A stretch of 64,000 bases of DNA from Octopus sinensis. Lineage: Eukaryota. The notes below the pieces were generated by a model. It was not told the DNA's origin and did no database searches. It saw only the letters and a program-made list of their open reading frames with translations. Positions 11,363 through 24,568 of this stretch are shown in pieces. A program made the translations under genes and the position numbers. The DNA is taken from NCBI RefSeq assembly GCF_006345805.1, contig NW_021833026.1, forward strand, positions 248,001 to 312,000, written 5' to 3'. Each line of letters begins with the position of its first letter. The stretch's first letter is position 1.

Positions 11363-13632
11363 CTAGCTCGGCAGCTCGCTTCGCTCACCGCGACCTAGCT
11401 CCTGCGGAGGGCCTGTTTCATCAAACAACTATAAGTTTATGTAGATGTATAAAACTACCTGGTTTAATGTAACCCTATTCTATCGCCTGTTGATAAACGA
11501 TGTTTGTCGTCCGTCCTTCCTTGGCATATATGAATAAATTTTCTCTTCTGCCTACCTCGAGCATCCCACATACAGCTGTCCATGTGAAAAGCACTCACTC
11601 TCTAAAAATAACCCAACTACCTTTAATGACTGTCCCTGGGCCTTGTTTATTGTCATTGCAAACTTTTTTTTTCATTTTTTGTGGTCTATTTTTTTTATAT
11701 TTAATTTTTTCATTTTCCTTTGTAATTTCCTTTTTTTTCTTTTTTTATTTTTTTGTTTTTTACTGGCGGGAATGGGGCAGGGGGAGATGCGGCAGGCAGA
11801 AAGCGACACACAAAAAAGATTTAATTAATTACCTTATTAAGCTGACCGTTTTTTCTTCAGCTTCGTTTTTCCTCCTTCGGTTATCTATTTAAAAAATTAT
11901 TTTTGAATAATAAAAAAGTTTAGGAAAAGAGGCATACCGAAAATAAATTCTATCTTTACGAAAAACTCAAGTAAATAGTTAATATTTTTACGCAAATTCT
12001 TCTGATTGCGCTGTCAATTGGTGGTAAATTGTGTTAATGGTTGTGCTAATGTGGTTTCAACTATCAAAGTGTTTTTCAAAATCTGTTAATTGCACACTCT
12101 ATCAAGGTCGTGCGTCAATTGGTGGTAAATTGTGTTAATGATTGTGCTAATGTGGTTTCAACTATCAAAGTGGTTTTTCAAAATCTGTTAATTGCACACT
12201 CTATTCAAAGTCGTGCAATCTGTGATTGCACATTTGTCAAAGTCAAATATGATAATAGCTTTAATTTGATTCATGGTCGATAATGATATATGCATTTAAT
12301 TTTAAAGAGAAAAACATAGGATGAATTGAATTTCTTTATTGCGAATAATTGGGAGTTCATCATTGTTAATATTCTCGCTGTCGTTTTCATCAAGGATATT
12401 CTTAATACGTGAGATTTTTGCCTTGAAGGTTTTAATGGACCTCATCATGAATGTCGAGGACATTCGCGTTGTTCATTTAACCAAAATGCAGAAAATTTTT
12501 TTTTAATTTTTTTGGGGGGAAGGTTTTAAGGACTTCATCATGTAAGTCGAGGACATTGTAGTTGTTCATTTTAACCAAAATGCAGAAAATTTTTTTTAAT
12601 TTTTTTTGGGGGGAAGGTTTTAAGGACTTCATCATGTAAGTCGAGGACATTGTAGTTGTTCATTTTAACCAAAATGAAGAAAATTTTTTTTTAATTTTTT
12701 TGGGGGGGAAGGTTTTAAGGACTTCATCATGTAAGTCGAGGACATTGTAGTTGTTCATTTTAAACCCAAAATGCAGAATTTTTTTTTTTTTTTTTTTGGG
12801 GAAGGTTTTAAGGACTTCATCATGTAAGTCGAGGACATTGTAGTTGTTCATTTTAACCAAAATGAAGAAAATTTTTTTTTAATTTTTTTGGGGGGGAGGT
12901 TTTAAGGACTTCATCATGTAAGTCGAGGACATTGTAGTTGTTCATTTTAACCAAAATGCAGAAAATTTTTTTTTAATTTTTTTTTGGGGGGGAAGGTTTT
13001 AAGGACTTCATCATGTAAGTCGAGGACATTGTAGTTGTTCATTTTAACCAAAATGCAGAAAATTTTTTTTTAATTTTTTTTGGGGAGGAAGGTTTTAAGG
13101 ACTTCATCATGTAAGTCGAGGACATTGTAGTTGTTCATTTTAACCAAAATGCAGAAAATTTTTTTTTAATTTTTTTTGGGGGGAAGGTTTTAAGGACTTC
13201 ATCATGTAAGTCGAGGACATTGTAGTTGTTCATTTTAACCAAAATGCAGAAAATTTTTTTTTAATTTTTTTGGGGGGGAAGGTTTTAAGGACTTCATCAT
13301 GTAAGTCGAGGACATTGTAGTTGTTCATTTTAACCAAAATGCAAAATGCAGAAAATTTTTTTTTAATTTTTTTTGGGGGGGAAGGTTTTAAGGACTTCAT
13401 CATGTAAGTCGAGGACATTGTAGTTGTTCATTTTAACCAAAATGCAGAAAATTTTTTTTTTATTTTTTTGGGGGGAAGGTTTTAAGGACCTCATCATGTA
13501 AGTCGAGGACATCGTATTGCCAATTTGAAGTTGGTGTGCACACACAGACAGACAGACAGACAGACACACAGACAGACACACAGACAGACAGACAGACAGA
13601 CAGACACACACCATACCATTTTATTATTAAGA
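11363..13632 (-). mobile_element. Non-autonomous Helitron, family A copy 1
   Basis: A|TCTTAATAATAAAATGG...CTAG|T; (TGTC)n microsatellite; 12 array cores; helicase C-terminal remnant; removing it rejoins the integrase in frame (KNNN|DSYTW). Confidence 0.92.
12425..13515 (-). repeat. About 95-bp tandem array (12 cores) inside Helitron
   Basis: GTCGAGGAC core at 12453 through 13502, spacing 93-103 bp; variation is mostly homopolymer length. Confidence 0.95.
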
Positions 13633-13960
13633 TTATTATTCTTAAATCTATTAAATAACTTCATTAAATGATGCCTTTTAAGATCTATTAAGTCCATTTG
13701 AAATCTTCTGTGGGGTCTGTCTGCAATAACATGAAATTCAGAATCCGATTGTTTAAGGGGTGTGGAAAAGCGGCAAACGTCACAGTTCGAAACAACTTCA
13801 CGAATGATATCTCTTTTGATTATGAAAAATCGTTCTTGCATAGGTTCTCCAATGCGTTATGCCCACAATGATTGATTTTATGTAACTGTTCGGCAAGCAT
13901 TCTCATTTGTTTAGTATCGTCCAACGAAATCACTAATTTGTTAATGTTTCCATGATTTGC
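13633..13960 (-). pseudogene. N-terminal part of the same integrase (HHCC, first catalytic D region)
   Basis: LHKINHCGH...CDVC...RPHRRFQMDLIDL; probable 27-nt GC-AG intron at 13648-13674. Confidence 0.8.
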
Positions 13961-14096
13961 TTACAAAATTCTGAAATCCTTCTCAGATATAGTCTGCTAA
14001 CTACGATCTTCTGATTTCTGATTGCCAGGCCTCCTCCAAACGAATGGGAGTCAACCAATAGTCTCTTCTGCGATTGCTTGCACAAAATATAATCAA

Positions 14097-16472
14097 CTAG
14101 CTCGGCAGCTCGCTTCGCTCACCGCGACCTAGCTCCTGCGGAGGGCCTGTTTCATCAAAACACTATAAGTTTATGTAGATGTATAAAACTACCTGGTTTA
14201 ATGTAACCCTATTCTATCGCCTGTTGATAAACGATGTTTGTCGTCCGTCCTTCCTTGGCATATATGAATAAATTTTCTCTTCTGCCTACCCTCGAGCATC
14301 CCACATACAGCTGTCCATGTGAAAAGCACTCACTCTCTAAAAATAACCCAACTACCTTTATGACTGTCCGGGCCTTGTTTATTGTCATTGCAAAACTCAT
14401 CCTCAAAGGAAATTGCAGCCTTTTAAATCTAAATGGTAATTCATCAGAAATTATCGGAATTCGTGGAATATAAACATCCTCACCTCAATACTTACCTGTT
14501 AATATCGTCGCCTCTATTACGTTAGCCATCTTTCTTCAGCTTCATTTTTCCTCCTTCGGTTATCTATTTAAAAAATTATTTTTGAATAATAAAAAATATT
14601 AGGAAAAAAGAGGCATACAGAAAATAAATTCTATCTTTACGAAAAACTTCTTTTCTTAAGGTCAATAAAAAAATTTAGGAAAAGAGGCATACCGAAAATA
14701 AATTCTATCTTCACGAAAAACTTAACTAAATAGCTAATATTTTTACGCAAATTCTTCTGATTGCGCTGTCAATTGGTAAGTTAAATGTGTTAATGATTGT
14801 GCTAATGTGGTTTCAACTATCAAAGTGTTTTTCAAAATCAGTTAATTGCACACTCTATTCAAGGTCGTGCGTCAATTGGTGGTGGTAATTGTGTTAATGA
14901 TTGTGCTAATCTGGTTTCAACTATCAAAGTGGGTTTTCAAAATCTGTTAATTGCACACTCTATTCAAAGTCGTGCAATCTGTGATTGCACATTCTGTCAA
15001 AGTCAAATATGATAATAGCTTTAATTTTGATTCATGGTCGATAATGATATATGCATTTAATTTAAAGAGAAAAACATAGGATGAATTGAATTTCTTTATC
15101 GCGAATAATTGGGAGTTCATCATTGTTAATATTCTCGCTGTCGTTTTCATCAAGGATATTCTTAATACGTGAGATTTTTGCCTTGCAGGTTTTAATGGAC
15201 CTCATCATGAATGTCGAGGACATTCGCGTTGTTCATTTTAATCAAAATGCAGAAAATAATTTTTGATTTTTTGGGGGGGAAGGTTTTAAGGACTTCATCA
15301 TGTAAGTCGAGGACATTGTAGTTGTTCATTTTAACCAAAATGCAGAAAATTTTTTTTTAATTTTTTTTGGGGGGAAGGTTTTAAGGACTTCATCATGTAA
15401 GTTGAGGACATTGTAGTTGTTCATTTTAACAAAATGCAAACAGAAAATTTTTTTTTAATTTTTTTGGGGGGGAAGGTTTTAAGGACTTCATCATGTAAGT
15501 CGAGGACATTGTAGTTGTTCATTTTAACCAAAATGCAGAAATTTTTTTTTAATTTTTTTGGGGGGGAAGGTTTTAAGGACTTCATCATGTAAGTCGAGGA
15601 CATTGTAGTTGTTCATTTTAACCAAAATGCAGAAATTTTTTTTTAATTTTTTTTGGGGGGGAAGGTTTTAAGGACTTCATCATGTAAGTCGAGGACATTG
15701 TAGTTGTTCATTTTAACCAAAATGCAGAAAATTTTTTTTTAATTTTTTTGGGGGGAAGGTTTTAAGGACCTCATCATGTAAGTCGAGGACATTGTAGTTG
15801 TTCATTTTAACCAAAATGCAGAAAATTTTTTTTAATTATTTTTGGGGGGAAGGTTTTAAGGACTTCATCATGTAAGTCGAGGACATTGTAGTTGTTCATT
15901 TTAACCCAAATGGCAGAAAATTTTTTTTAATTTTTTTGGGGGGGAAGGTTTTAAGGACTTCATCATGTAAGTCGAGGACATTGTAGTTGTTCATTTTAAC
16001 CAAATGCAGAGAAATTTTTTTGTAATTTTTTTGGGGGGGAAGGTTTTAAGGACTCATCATGTAAGTCGAGGACATTGTAGTTGTTCATTTTAACCAAAAT
16101 GCAGAAATTTTTTTTTAATTATTTTTGGGGGGAAGGTTTTAAGGACTTCATCATGTAAGTCGAGGACATTGTAGTTGTTCATTTTAACCAAAATGCAGAA
16201 ATTTTTTTTTAATTTTTTTGGGGGGGAAGGTTTTAAGGACTTCATCATGTAAGTCGAGGACATTGAGTTGTTGTCATTTTAACCAAAATGCCAGAAAATT
16301 TTTTTTAATTTTTTTGGGGGGGAAGGTTTTAAGGACCTCATCATGTAAGTCGAGGACATCGTATTGCCAATTTGAAGTTGGTGTGCACACACACAGACAG
16401 ACAGACAGACAGACAGACACACAGACAGACAGACACACAGACGACACACACCATACCATTTTATTATTAAGA
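14097..16472 (-). mobile_element. Non-autonomous Helitron, family A copy 2
   Basis: A|TC...CTAG|T; microsatellite 16383-16450; 13 array cores; longer helicase C-terminal remnant (to ~14530). Confidence 0.92.
15185..16360 (-). repeat. About 95-bp tandem array (13 cores)
   Basis: Same unit as 12425-13515; cores at 15213 through 16349. Confidence 0.95.
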
Positions 16473-16818
16473 TTTGATTATATATTTTTAGTTCTTCTCC
16501 TTGTTTGTTTGTTCTGCAACCTACCCAGGTCGTGTCGGGCGACGTGCTGAAAAGCCGTGTTGCGCAGAAACAAATTGTAGGTATTACAAAAGTCGATCAT
16601 AAGATTTCCAGAGAAATTTCGATATCCCCTTACGTGATTATCAATGCAGCGTTCACCTTTAATTCACGACTTTGAGTTCCAGTCTCCCGCAATAAAAATT
16701 AGTACGGACGAACGGAGTTGGGAGTACACTTCCGATAAACTTTGTAGAAATCATCAGCTCATCCATACAAGCCAACAATCTTCCCATGTGAGGCGCATAC
16801 ACATTTATGCCAGTCATA

Positions 16819-18370
16819 CAGTACCGGTCATATGTTTTAGACATTCTGAAAAAATCCCAGTGTTTGATTTTTCTAAAGAAAATCTTATTAAAAAAATGCT
16901 TTTCATTAAGCATTATCCATTTTTTTTAGTTATTTATTTTTTCCCAATCTCATCGTCACTGTATTTCGACATCTTGATCTTTTTATAGATTTTGTCGAAA
17001 CTGGCCCAGTCATATGTTTTAGACATTTACGATGCACATCCATAATCTGGAATTTTTAAAAGTTAAAACGAGTTTTTATTAATTAAAACACAAGTTAGTA
17101 TTTAGTTACATCTCCTTTTTTCGATATTACATCATGTATTCTATTTGGGATCGACAAATACAAGTTTTGAATATAATCATCTCCCATCTTGTTCCATTCA
17201 TCTTTTGCCATCTCCCATAGTTGCTTAACGTTCTGAGGGTTTCTATTTCTGATTTTGCTCTTTAAATAATGCCAGCAATTTTCTATTATGTTAAGATCTG
17301 GCGATTGTGCAGGCCAATTGTTTAAAATATCACTCCTTTTTCAAGCAAATAATTTTTTGTAGACCGTGAAGTATGACATGATGCACCATCTTGTTGGAAA
17401 ATAAAGTTATCATCATATATCTCAGAAAGCCCTTGTTCCAAGATTCGTTGATATTCTACGGAATCTACATTTCCTTCGCACAATATCAAGGCACTTTTTC
17501 CATCGTGTCTGATACCGCCCCAAACCATGATTGAAGGTGCGAATTTCTGAGTTTTCGTTGTGTAGTTCGAATTGAATCTATTTCCAGGAGGTCTCCTTAC
17601 GAATTCTCGTGCTTTCGAAATTAATTCGATGCGGCACTCGTCAGTAAAATGACCTTATTCCAATCGAATGAAATGTTTCTAGTGCAGAATATTTTTCTCT
17701 TCTTGATATTATTAGTTGAAAGTCTAGGTTTTTTGGCTGCTATTCTTACGAAAAGTTCATTTTTGCGTAAGATTCTTCGTACAGTTTCGACACTGACGGT
17801 TTCCGTAATATTTAGGTCTTTTCTGATTTCATTCGCTGTTTTTTTGGGAAAACGTCGAGACTCACGTACAAGATTCCTTTGAGCACGTGCCGAAAGAATA
17901 CAATTTCTTCCAGATTTTGGTCTGTCGTAAAACCCATTTCCATCCAAATACCGTTGGTAAGTGTGATTTACGGCGCATCTGGATATTCCAAGTAAAATCG
18001 ATATTTCATGTACGGTATGACCATTTTCTCATCATAAAAACAATTCTATGACGCTGTTCAACAGAAAGTCGTGGCATACTGCTTTCAAATTAATTTAAAA
18101 CACGTTTCCGATACGAAAAATAGAAAAAAAGTATAAATTTTATTGAAATATAATGAATTTAAATAAATGTCTAAAACATATGACTGGGCCAATTTCGACA
18201 AAATCCTTAAACATATGAAGAAGTCGAAGATAAAGCGAAGATAAGATATGAAAATGATAAATATATAAATAATATAGATATACTTACTAAAAAACTTTTA
18301 TTTTATTGGTTTCTTTAGAAAAATAAAAACTGGGATTTTTTCAGAATGTCTAAAAATATGACCGGTACTG
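16819..18370 (-). mobile_element. Tc1-like DD34E transposon with IR-DR ends, frameshifted transposase
   Basis: TA TSDs; TIR CAGTACCGGTCATATGTTTTAGACATT; inner direct repeats near 17007 and 18165; motifs FTDE, MVWGGI, QQDGASCH, WPAQSPDLNIIE. Confidence 0.93.
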
Positions 18371-19127
18371 TAGTTGATTTCTTATTGCGATTCGATCTGT
18401 TACTCTCCATACTTTAAGTACCCGATCCACAAGTGAGACGTGTATAGCGAAGCCTATTCCATAGTGACGAAAGTCGGAAGGTAATAGTATTAACCGATAA
18501 TTGTCATAACATACATCTTGTTCCACAGAGAGAATTCTCGCATAATCATCCCTTCGTTTCTTGGAGCTATGCCACACTGGTTTTGTATCTTTCCAAATCC
18601 CTACATAGAATGTTCTGTTTGATGTTTAAGGCAATTTCTCTGACATTGAAAAATGTAATGGAAAAAAGCGTAGAATGGACAGATCGATAGTACGATAAAG
18701 ACATCAAAAACGACACCCTCTACAAATTATGTAAATGCAAGCCGATTAGCAATGAAGTTACTACCTCATGTGTTTCTTGATTCCATGAATAAATTTGCTA
18801 GAAAAAATTTGATTAATTTCCCTTTCGGAGTAATCATTATTTATGATTTCATTGGCAGAACCTCCAAACATCGATTTGAATAGAGGATTCAAGGTTGTCG
18901 AATGTTTATAAGAACTTGTAATTTCTTCCTTTCTCTTGCTGTATATGCTCTGACTGAGAACGACCATAATAACTTAATCTTTGCAAGATTCATAGACTAG
19001 ATTCTTTAAAAGAGAAATAAGTAATTTTTATTTCGTCGGTTTTTTAATTCGTAGCTTTAAATTCAATTATCAAATATTTCTGACAATAAAACCTAAACCT
19101 GATACAGTAAACCAAATCTAATTGTAG

Positions 19128-22100
19128 TCTTAATAATAAAATGGTATGGTGTGTGTCTGTCTGTCTGTCTGTGTGTCTGTCTGTCTGTTGTGACACCCAC
19201 ATTCAAATGTTACAAACCAGATCAAATTGTCAAAACCTTCCCTTTTGTAGTTATTCGATAATGAGGCACAATAAAAGGTTGATATCCTCTAAGAACCTTC
19301 CTGTCAAAAAATTTAATAAGAAAGAATATCCTCGATGATGAGGTCCCCAAAACCTTCAAGTCAATTTTCTGCGTTTTTGTTAAAATGAACAACAAGAAAG
19401 TCCTCGACTCACATGATGTGGTCCCCCAAAACCTCAAGCCAAAAAATTAAAAAAAATTATTTTCTGCGTTTTTGTTAAATGAACAACAAGAAAGTCCTCG
19501 ACTCACATGATGTGGTCCCCCAAAACCTTCAAGCCAAAAAATTAAAAAAAATTATTTTCTGCGTTTTTGTTAAAATGAACAACAAGAAAGTCCTCGACTC
19601 ACATGATGTGGTCCCTCAAAACCTTCAAGCCAAAAAATTAAAAAAATTATTTTCTGCGTTTTTGTTAAAATGAACAACAAGAAAGTCCTCGACTCACATG
19701 ATGTGGTCCCCCAAAACCTTCAAGCCAAAAAATTAAAAAAAATTATTTTCTGCGTTTTTGTTAAAATGAACAACAAGAAAGTCCTCGACTCACATGATGT
19801 GGTCCCCCAAAACCTTCAAGCCAAAAAATTAAAAAAAATTATTTTCTGCGTTTTTGTTAAAATGAACAACAAGAAAGTCCTCGACTCACATGATGTGGTC
19901 CCCCAAAACCTTCAAGCCAAAAAATTAAAAAAAATTATTTTCTGCGTTTTTGTAAAATGAACAACAAGAAAGTCCTCGACTCACATGATGTGGTCCCCAA
20001 AAAACCTTCAAGTGAACAACAAGAAAGTCCTCGACTCACATGATGTGGTCCCCCAAAACTTCAAGCCAAAAAAATTAAAAAAAATTATTTTCTGCGTTTT
20101 TGTTAAAATAAACAACAAGAAAGTCCTCGACTCACATGATGTGGTCCCCCAAAACCTTCAAGCCAAAAAATTAAAAAAAATTATTTTCTGCGTTTTTGTT
20201 AAAATGAACAACAAGAAAGTCCTCGACTCACATGATGTGGTCCCTCAAAACCTTCAAGCCAAAAAATTAAAAAAAATTATTTTCTGCGTTTTTGTTAAAA
20301 TGAACAACAAGAAAGTCCTCGACTCACATGATGTGGTCCCTCAAAACCTTCAAGCCCAAAAATTAAAAAAAATTATTTTCTGCGTTTTTGTTAAATGAAC
20401 AACAAGAAAGTCCTCGACTCACATGATGTGGTCCCCCAAAACCTTCAAGCCAAAAATTAAAAAAAAATATTTTCTGCGTTTTTGTTAAAATGAACGACAA
20501 GAAAGTCCTCGACTCACATGATGAGGTCCTCCACAACCTTCAAGCCTCGTGAGGCCATTAATTAGCTTAGCTATCTTTTTTCGATGACATAAATTCTTTT
20601 TTGTTAATTTTCGTTAAAAAAATAAAATAAAAGCTCTAATTGTTATCGACCATGAATAGACTGTGCAATTATCAGATTTTGAAAACCACTAAAAAGGAAA
20701 AAGCAAAAATTATTAGAGATTTACATAATTGATTCTTTTTAACTGCCGAAACTGACAAATTCGATTATGCTACTGTTTAGATTTCTTAAAAGATAGAGGC
20801 AAATAAAATTTAAATTAGTCATGTAAATTTCAATTTGCCTATATTTAAATCTCCTTGATTTAACAGGCTTTAATTTTTTTCCTTATAATACTACAAAGAT
20901 GAAGCTGATTATCATTTTCTTTACCGAAACAGACAAGTTCGATTATGCTAAAGTTTCAATTCCTTTAAACATAGAGGCAATTAGTATAATGGCTTTGATT
21001 GGATAATACACTTTACATAAATTTCACTAAATAAATTTACGTAGAAAATTTAATATAAATACTGATTCGCGTTTACAAAATCATAAGAATGTCCTATAAA
21101 GAGAGATCTGAGAATGTTAACAAACAAGAGAATATGAACCATATAACAAAAAAAGAGAAACGAGGGAAGATGTGCTTAAATGGTGAGGGAACTTAGACAA
21201 CAGCTGAACAAGGTCAGGACTGCTGTTAGACTCAACTAGGGTAATAGAATTATGCATTCTAGGTTAATGGTTTGGGATGAATGTACGATGGCTCATAAAG
21301 GCGCATTCAAGCAGTTGACCGAACATATAGAGATATCAAGAATTGTAGCGACCATTTGTTTGGGGGAGCATTAGTTGTATTGGCAGGTGATTTTAGACAG
21401 ACGCTGCCAATTATTCAAAGAGGACGCCTGCGGATGAATTGAATGCCTGCCTCAAATCGTCATATTTTGGACACACGTGAAAAAGGTAAGCTTAGATGTA
21501 AATGTACATGCACATTTACAAGGCGTTAATAGCATATTCCCACAAATCCTTCTAGATATTGGAAATGGGGCAATCACTTCAGAATGCACGACCAGAAAAT
21601 TAGGCTACCGGAAGAATTATGTATTTTCGTAGAAACAGCAGAAGAATTATTGAATGCCGTCTATTCCGAACTATCTGAACACTACGTGAATTTCGACTGG
21701 CTGCGTGAACGAGCTATATTAGCTCCACTTAATGATGAGGTACTTAATATAAATTTAGATTTATTAATGAAAATCCCTGGCAGAGAAAGAATATATAAAT
21801 CGGTCGACGTTATTATGGACCATGAAAGGGCCTGCGATAGATTTAAGAGACTACAATTTCCGCTGAAGATAAGTTTTGCTATGACAATAAACAAGGCCCA
21901 GGGACAGTCTTTAAAGGTAGTAGGCTTATTTTTAGAGAACGAGTGCTTTTCACATGGCCAGCTGTATGTGGGGTGCTCAAGGGTAGGTAGAAGAGAAATT
22001 TATTTATATTTGCCAAAGATGGACGGACTGCAAACATCGTTTATCCACAGGCCTTAGAATAAGGTTATATCAAAGCAGGTCGCAGTTATATATTACATAA

Positions 22101-22190
22101 ATTTATAGTTATTTAAGGAAACTGCGAGCGTTAGCGAGCAGGGCCTCCGCAGGAGCTAGCTCGCAGTGAGCGAAGCGAATGCTGAGCTAG
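19128..22190 (+). mobile_element. Non-autonomous Helitron, family B
   Basis: TCTTAATAATAAAATGGTATGG 5' end identical to family A; microsatellite; 96-bp array; helicase remnants 21260-22057; hairpin plus CTAG|T. Confidence 0.92.
19325..20545 (+). repeat. 96-bp tandem array (13 full cores plus 1 degenerate)
   Basis: GTCCTCGACTCACATGATGTGGTCC core; one unit shortened to 55 bp at 19972-20027. Confidence 0.95.
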
Positions 22191-22497
22191 TCTTATATAA
22201 AGCAGTATTTTGTAAAAGCATTTAATTCGCCTTTCAACTTTTTTGAAAAAAATACATATTACCTACTGATTTTAATTAATATTAGAAAAATAATATCCGA
22301 CCATAGCATGCTTATAACGCGTTTTAATTGTGAATGTATTTTTAACATCTTCACTTTTTCTATAACTGGAAAATGCAACATTTTTTCACAAAATTAACTA
22401 AATTGCCTCATAAAATGCCTTTTCATATTGGGCACATGCCTGAAATTTTTTTAATATATATGAACTGATTTTTCCACAAATTTTACAAATAGTTAAT

Positions 22498-23037
22498 TTA
22501 AGAATGATTGGGTAAATCAAGACTCATTAAAAATGCATCCTCTCCAATTTCTGAGTAGTACTTAGGGACTGTGCTGCTGACCACGAACCCGTGTTTCTTA
22601 TAGAGACAGACTGCCGGCAGATTGTTCGTTTGGACATGACTAATGGCATTACACGGCACAGAAAACAGATTTATTCGACCGAATGAAGGGGAAACTGCGT
22701 TGATCAGCCAAATAAGCAAAAGGGAAGCTTAAATGACAGAATAGACTACCAATTCCTCGTCGTCGGAAAGGAGACACACAAAAAAGCGACTCAATGTAAA
22801 TCTCGGTAGTTATAACCTTTGCAGAAATGGCTCCGACAAGGGTCTTCCCAAGAAAGGCTTAATGGGGTAGAGAAAGATACCTTGACGACAATAATCCCCG
22901 GAATAAGATATTTTTTGGAGACAAGTAAAAGGAAAATCAGGAGGGAGTGAAATTTGGTTCATCATCCGAACACAAGAAACGTCCTTTTCAGTTATTGGAA
23001 AAAGTCTGGTCAAATTATTTAATTTTTGCAATTCCAT
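22498..23037 (-). CDS. GNAT N-acetyltransferase, NAA50-like, with 23- and 22-nt introns
   Basis: Spliced: YIESLFCVSPFRRRGIASLLL...HVQTNNLPAVCLYKKHGF...KYYSEIGEDAFLM. Confidence 0.75.
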
Positions 23038-23593
23038 TCTATATCCACATGAATCTCCCGCCTATGTACCATTCTATTATTTTTATTAAAAACTAATTAT
23101 TAAAATATAATTTAAGTAAAATAAAAACTAAAAAGTGCCCGAGAAAATACGAGCTCTATATGCGAGTACTATTCTATTGTTTGTAAATAAAGAAACGTTT
23201 TGTTGTATTAATAAATATATTGTTCTAAAAACGATCGAAAATAAATAAGTTTTTTTTAGTATTTAACACAACTGCTGCTGTAGAAATAAGAAAACATTTA
23301 ATTATATATTGTTCTTTCTTTTTTATTGCGATCGATATACAAGATTAGAGAATAGATTTCATTTCATGTCGCCAATATGACCAATCAATCGACTTTAAAG
23401 GCAACAAACTATTATTTGCTATGTTTGAGGGTGTCTACGAACAGTCACAGGCAATGTTACAATCGGCACTACTTGATTAAATTTTAATACAAAATCGGTT
23501 TAATGAGCGCATTTCAATTGCTAATTTTAATCGCATTGCCGCTTTTATAAATTATAAATCTGAAACTGCGCCTTGAATTCCGTCGATTTTAGT

Positions 23594-24568
23594 GATGGAT
23601 GTGATTTCCAAATGTCTCAAAAAACTGTCTCCAAATCGCCGTTCAAATCCCGAAGCAGAATTGATAAAAGCAATATTAGCCAGGAACTATGAAAAATCAA
23701 AAAACACAGTTTTTACTATTTCGAATGGTTTTTTCCTTGTTTTTAAGATCTGCCAGATTTATCCGATTCCAATGTACTGTCGACTAACCAAGAAAAAATT
23801 CTGAGGTTGTTGCTCGGATGTACTTTATACGATCGTGAAGTTTTAAAGATAGTCATATTCTGTTGTGGTCAAATTTAATCTCGTAGCACACCCTCAGCCA
23901 ATAGTCCAGTTGGGAATTCGAATGTCTGAAATTGAAAAACGAAATTTAGTCAATAAAATATTAAAATGCAAATACGCTAATCCTGTCTGTCTAGAAAAAC
24001 TACGAATTGAAATAACAGTCGGTGGAAGGGCAGGTAAAGTCATCAAATCACGTAGAGAAGGGAGAGTTAGAGTTTTGATTTTGAATTCCAATGTTTTTAA
24101 GAAGTTGGACTGTCGTGATTTTGAGACATACGAATTGGGCATAAAGTGGAATAAACTTTATATAGTCGACAACAAAACTGTATTTTTACATTCTAATATC
24201 CACAGATTTGTGAAAACGCGGAGTATTTGACCTTGAATAAAACTCAGGCCATAAAAAACGCCTTTTCTAAGTATAAAAAACAACATCGAGTCGATAAAAA
24301 ATCATTCTTGTTGTCTCATTTGCCTCTTCCACGTTTGCCTTCGCTGACAGAAGGATTTAATGACGATTCACTAAATTGGTCAGAAGAGAACAATACTGTT
24401 AATGAACAAGATTTATCAATGGTTGGTTCAATTGGCCTGATTGAATGGCAGATCAAGGAAATTGCCGAGTGTAGAAAGCTAAAGAGTGAACTTGTCGATT
24501 TTTTTGAACATTCAAAAATGTCAATCAGCAGTGGTTACGAATCATTTTCAAAACAGACTGAAATTTAA
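23594..24568 (+). CDS. Multi-exon protein of unknown function (weak MH1-like segment)
   Basis: Three consecutive ORFs joinable by short GT-AG introns; exon boundaries not anchored by homology. Confidence 0.5.

Larger units (their letters stand above)
13965..18660 (-). pseudogene. RTE-type LINE AP-endonuclease region, interrupted by Helitron A2 and Tc1
   Basis: FNVRE...LQETK; GIGFAI...VTDRIA|INVYAPH; NTAFQH...IYNQI|DYILCK rejoined across the insertions. Confidence 0.8.

Noticed and set aside
11763-11795. G-quadruplex in Helitron A1
   Set aside because: Only three runs of 3 or more G, and absent from sister copy A2.
19479-20398. 32-aa repeat ORFs (MNNKKVLDSHDVV... and MNNYNVLDLHDEV...) as proteins
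   Set aside because: Frames break at homopolymers, and A/B differences are not biased to synonymous sites; a by-product of ~96-bp periodicity.
12425-20545. Arrays as CRISPR
   Set aside because: No unique spacers (units differ only in homopolymer length), no cas genes, eukaryotic Helitron context.
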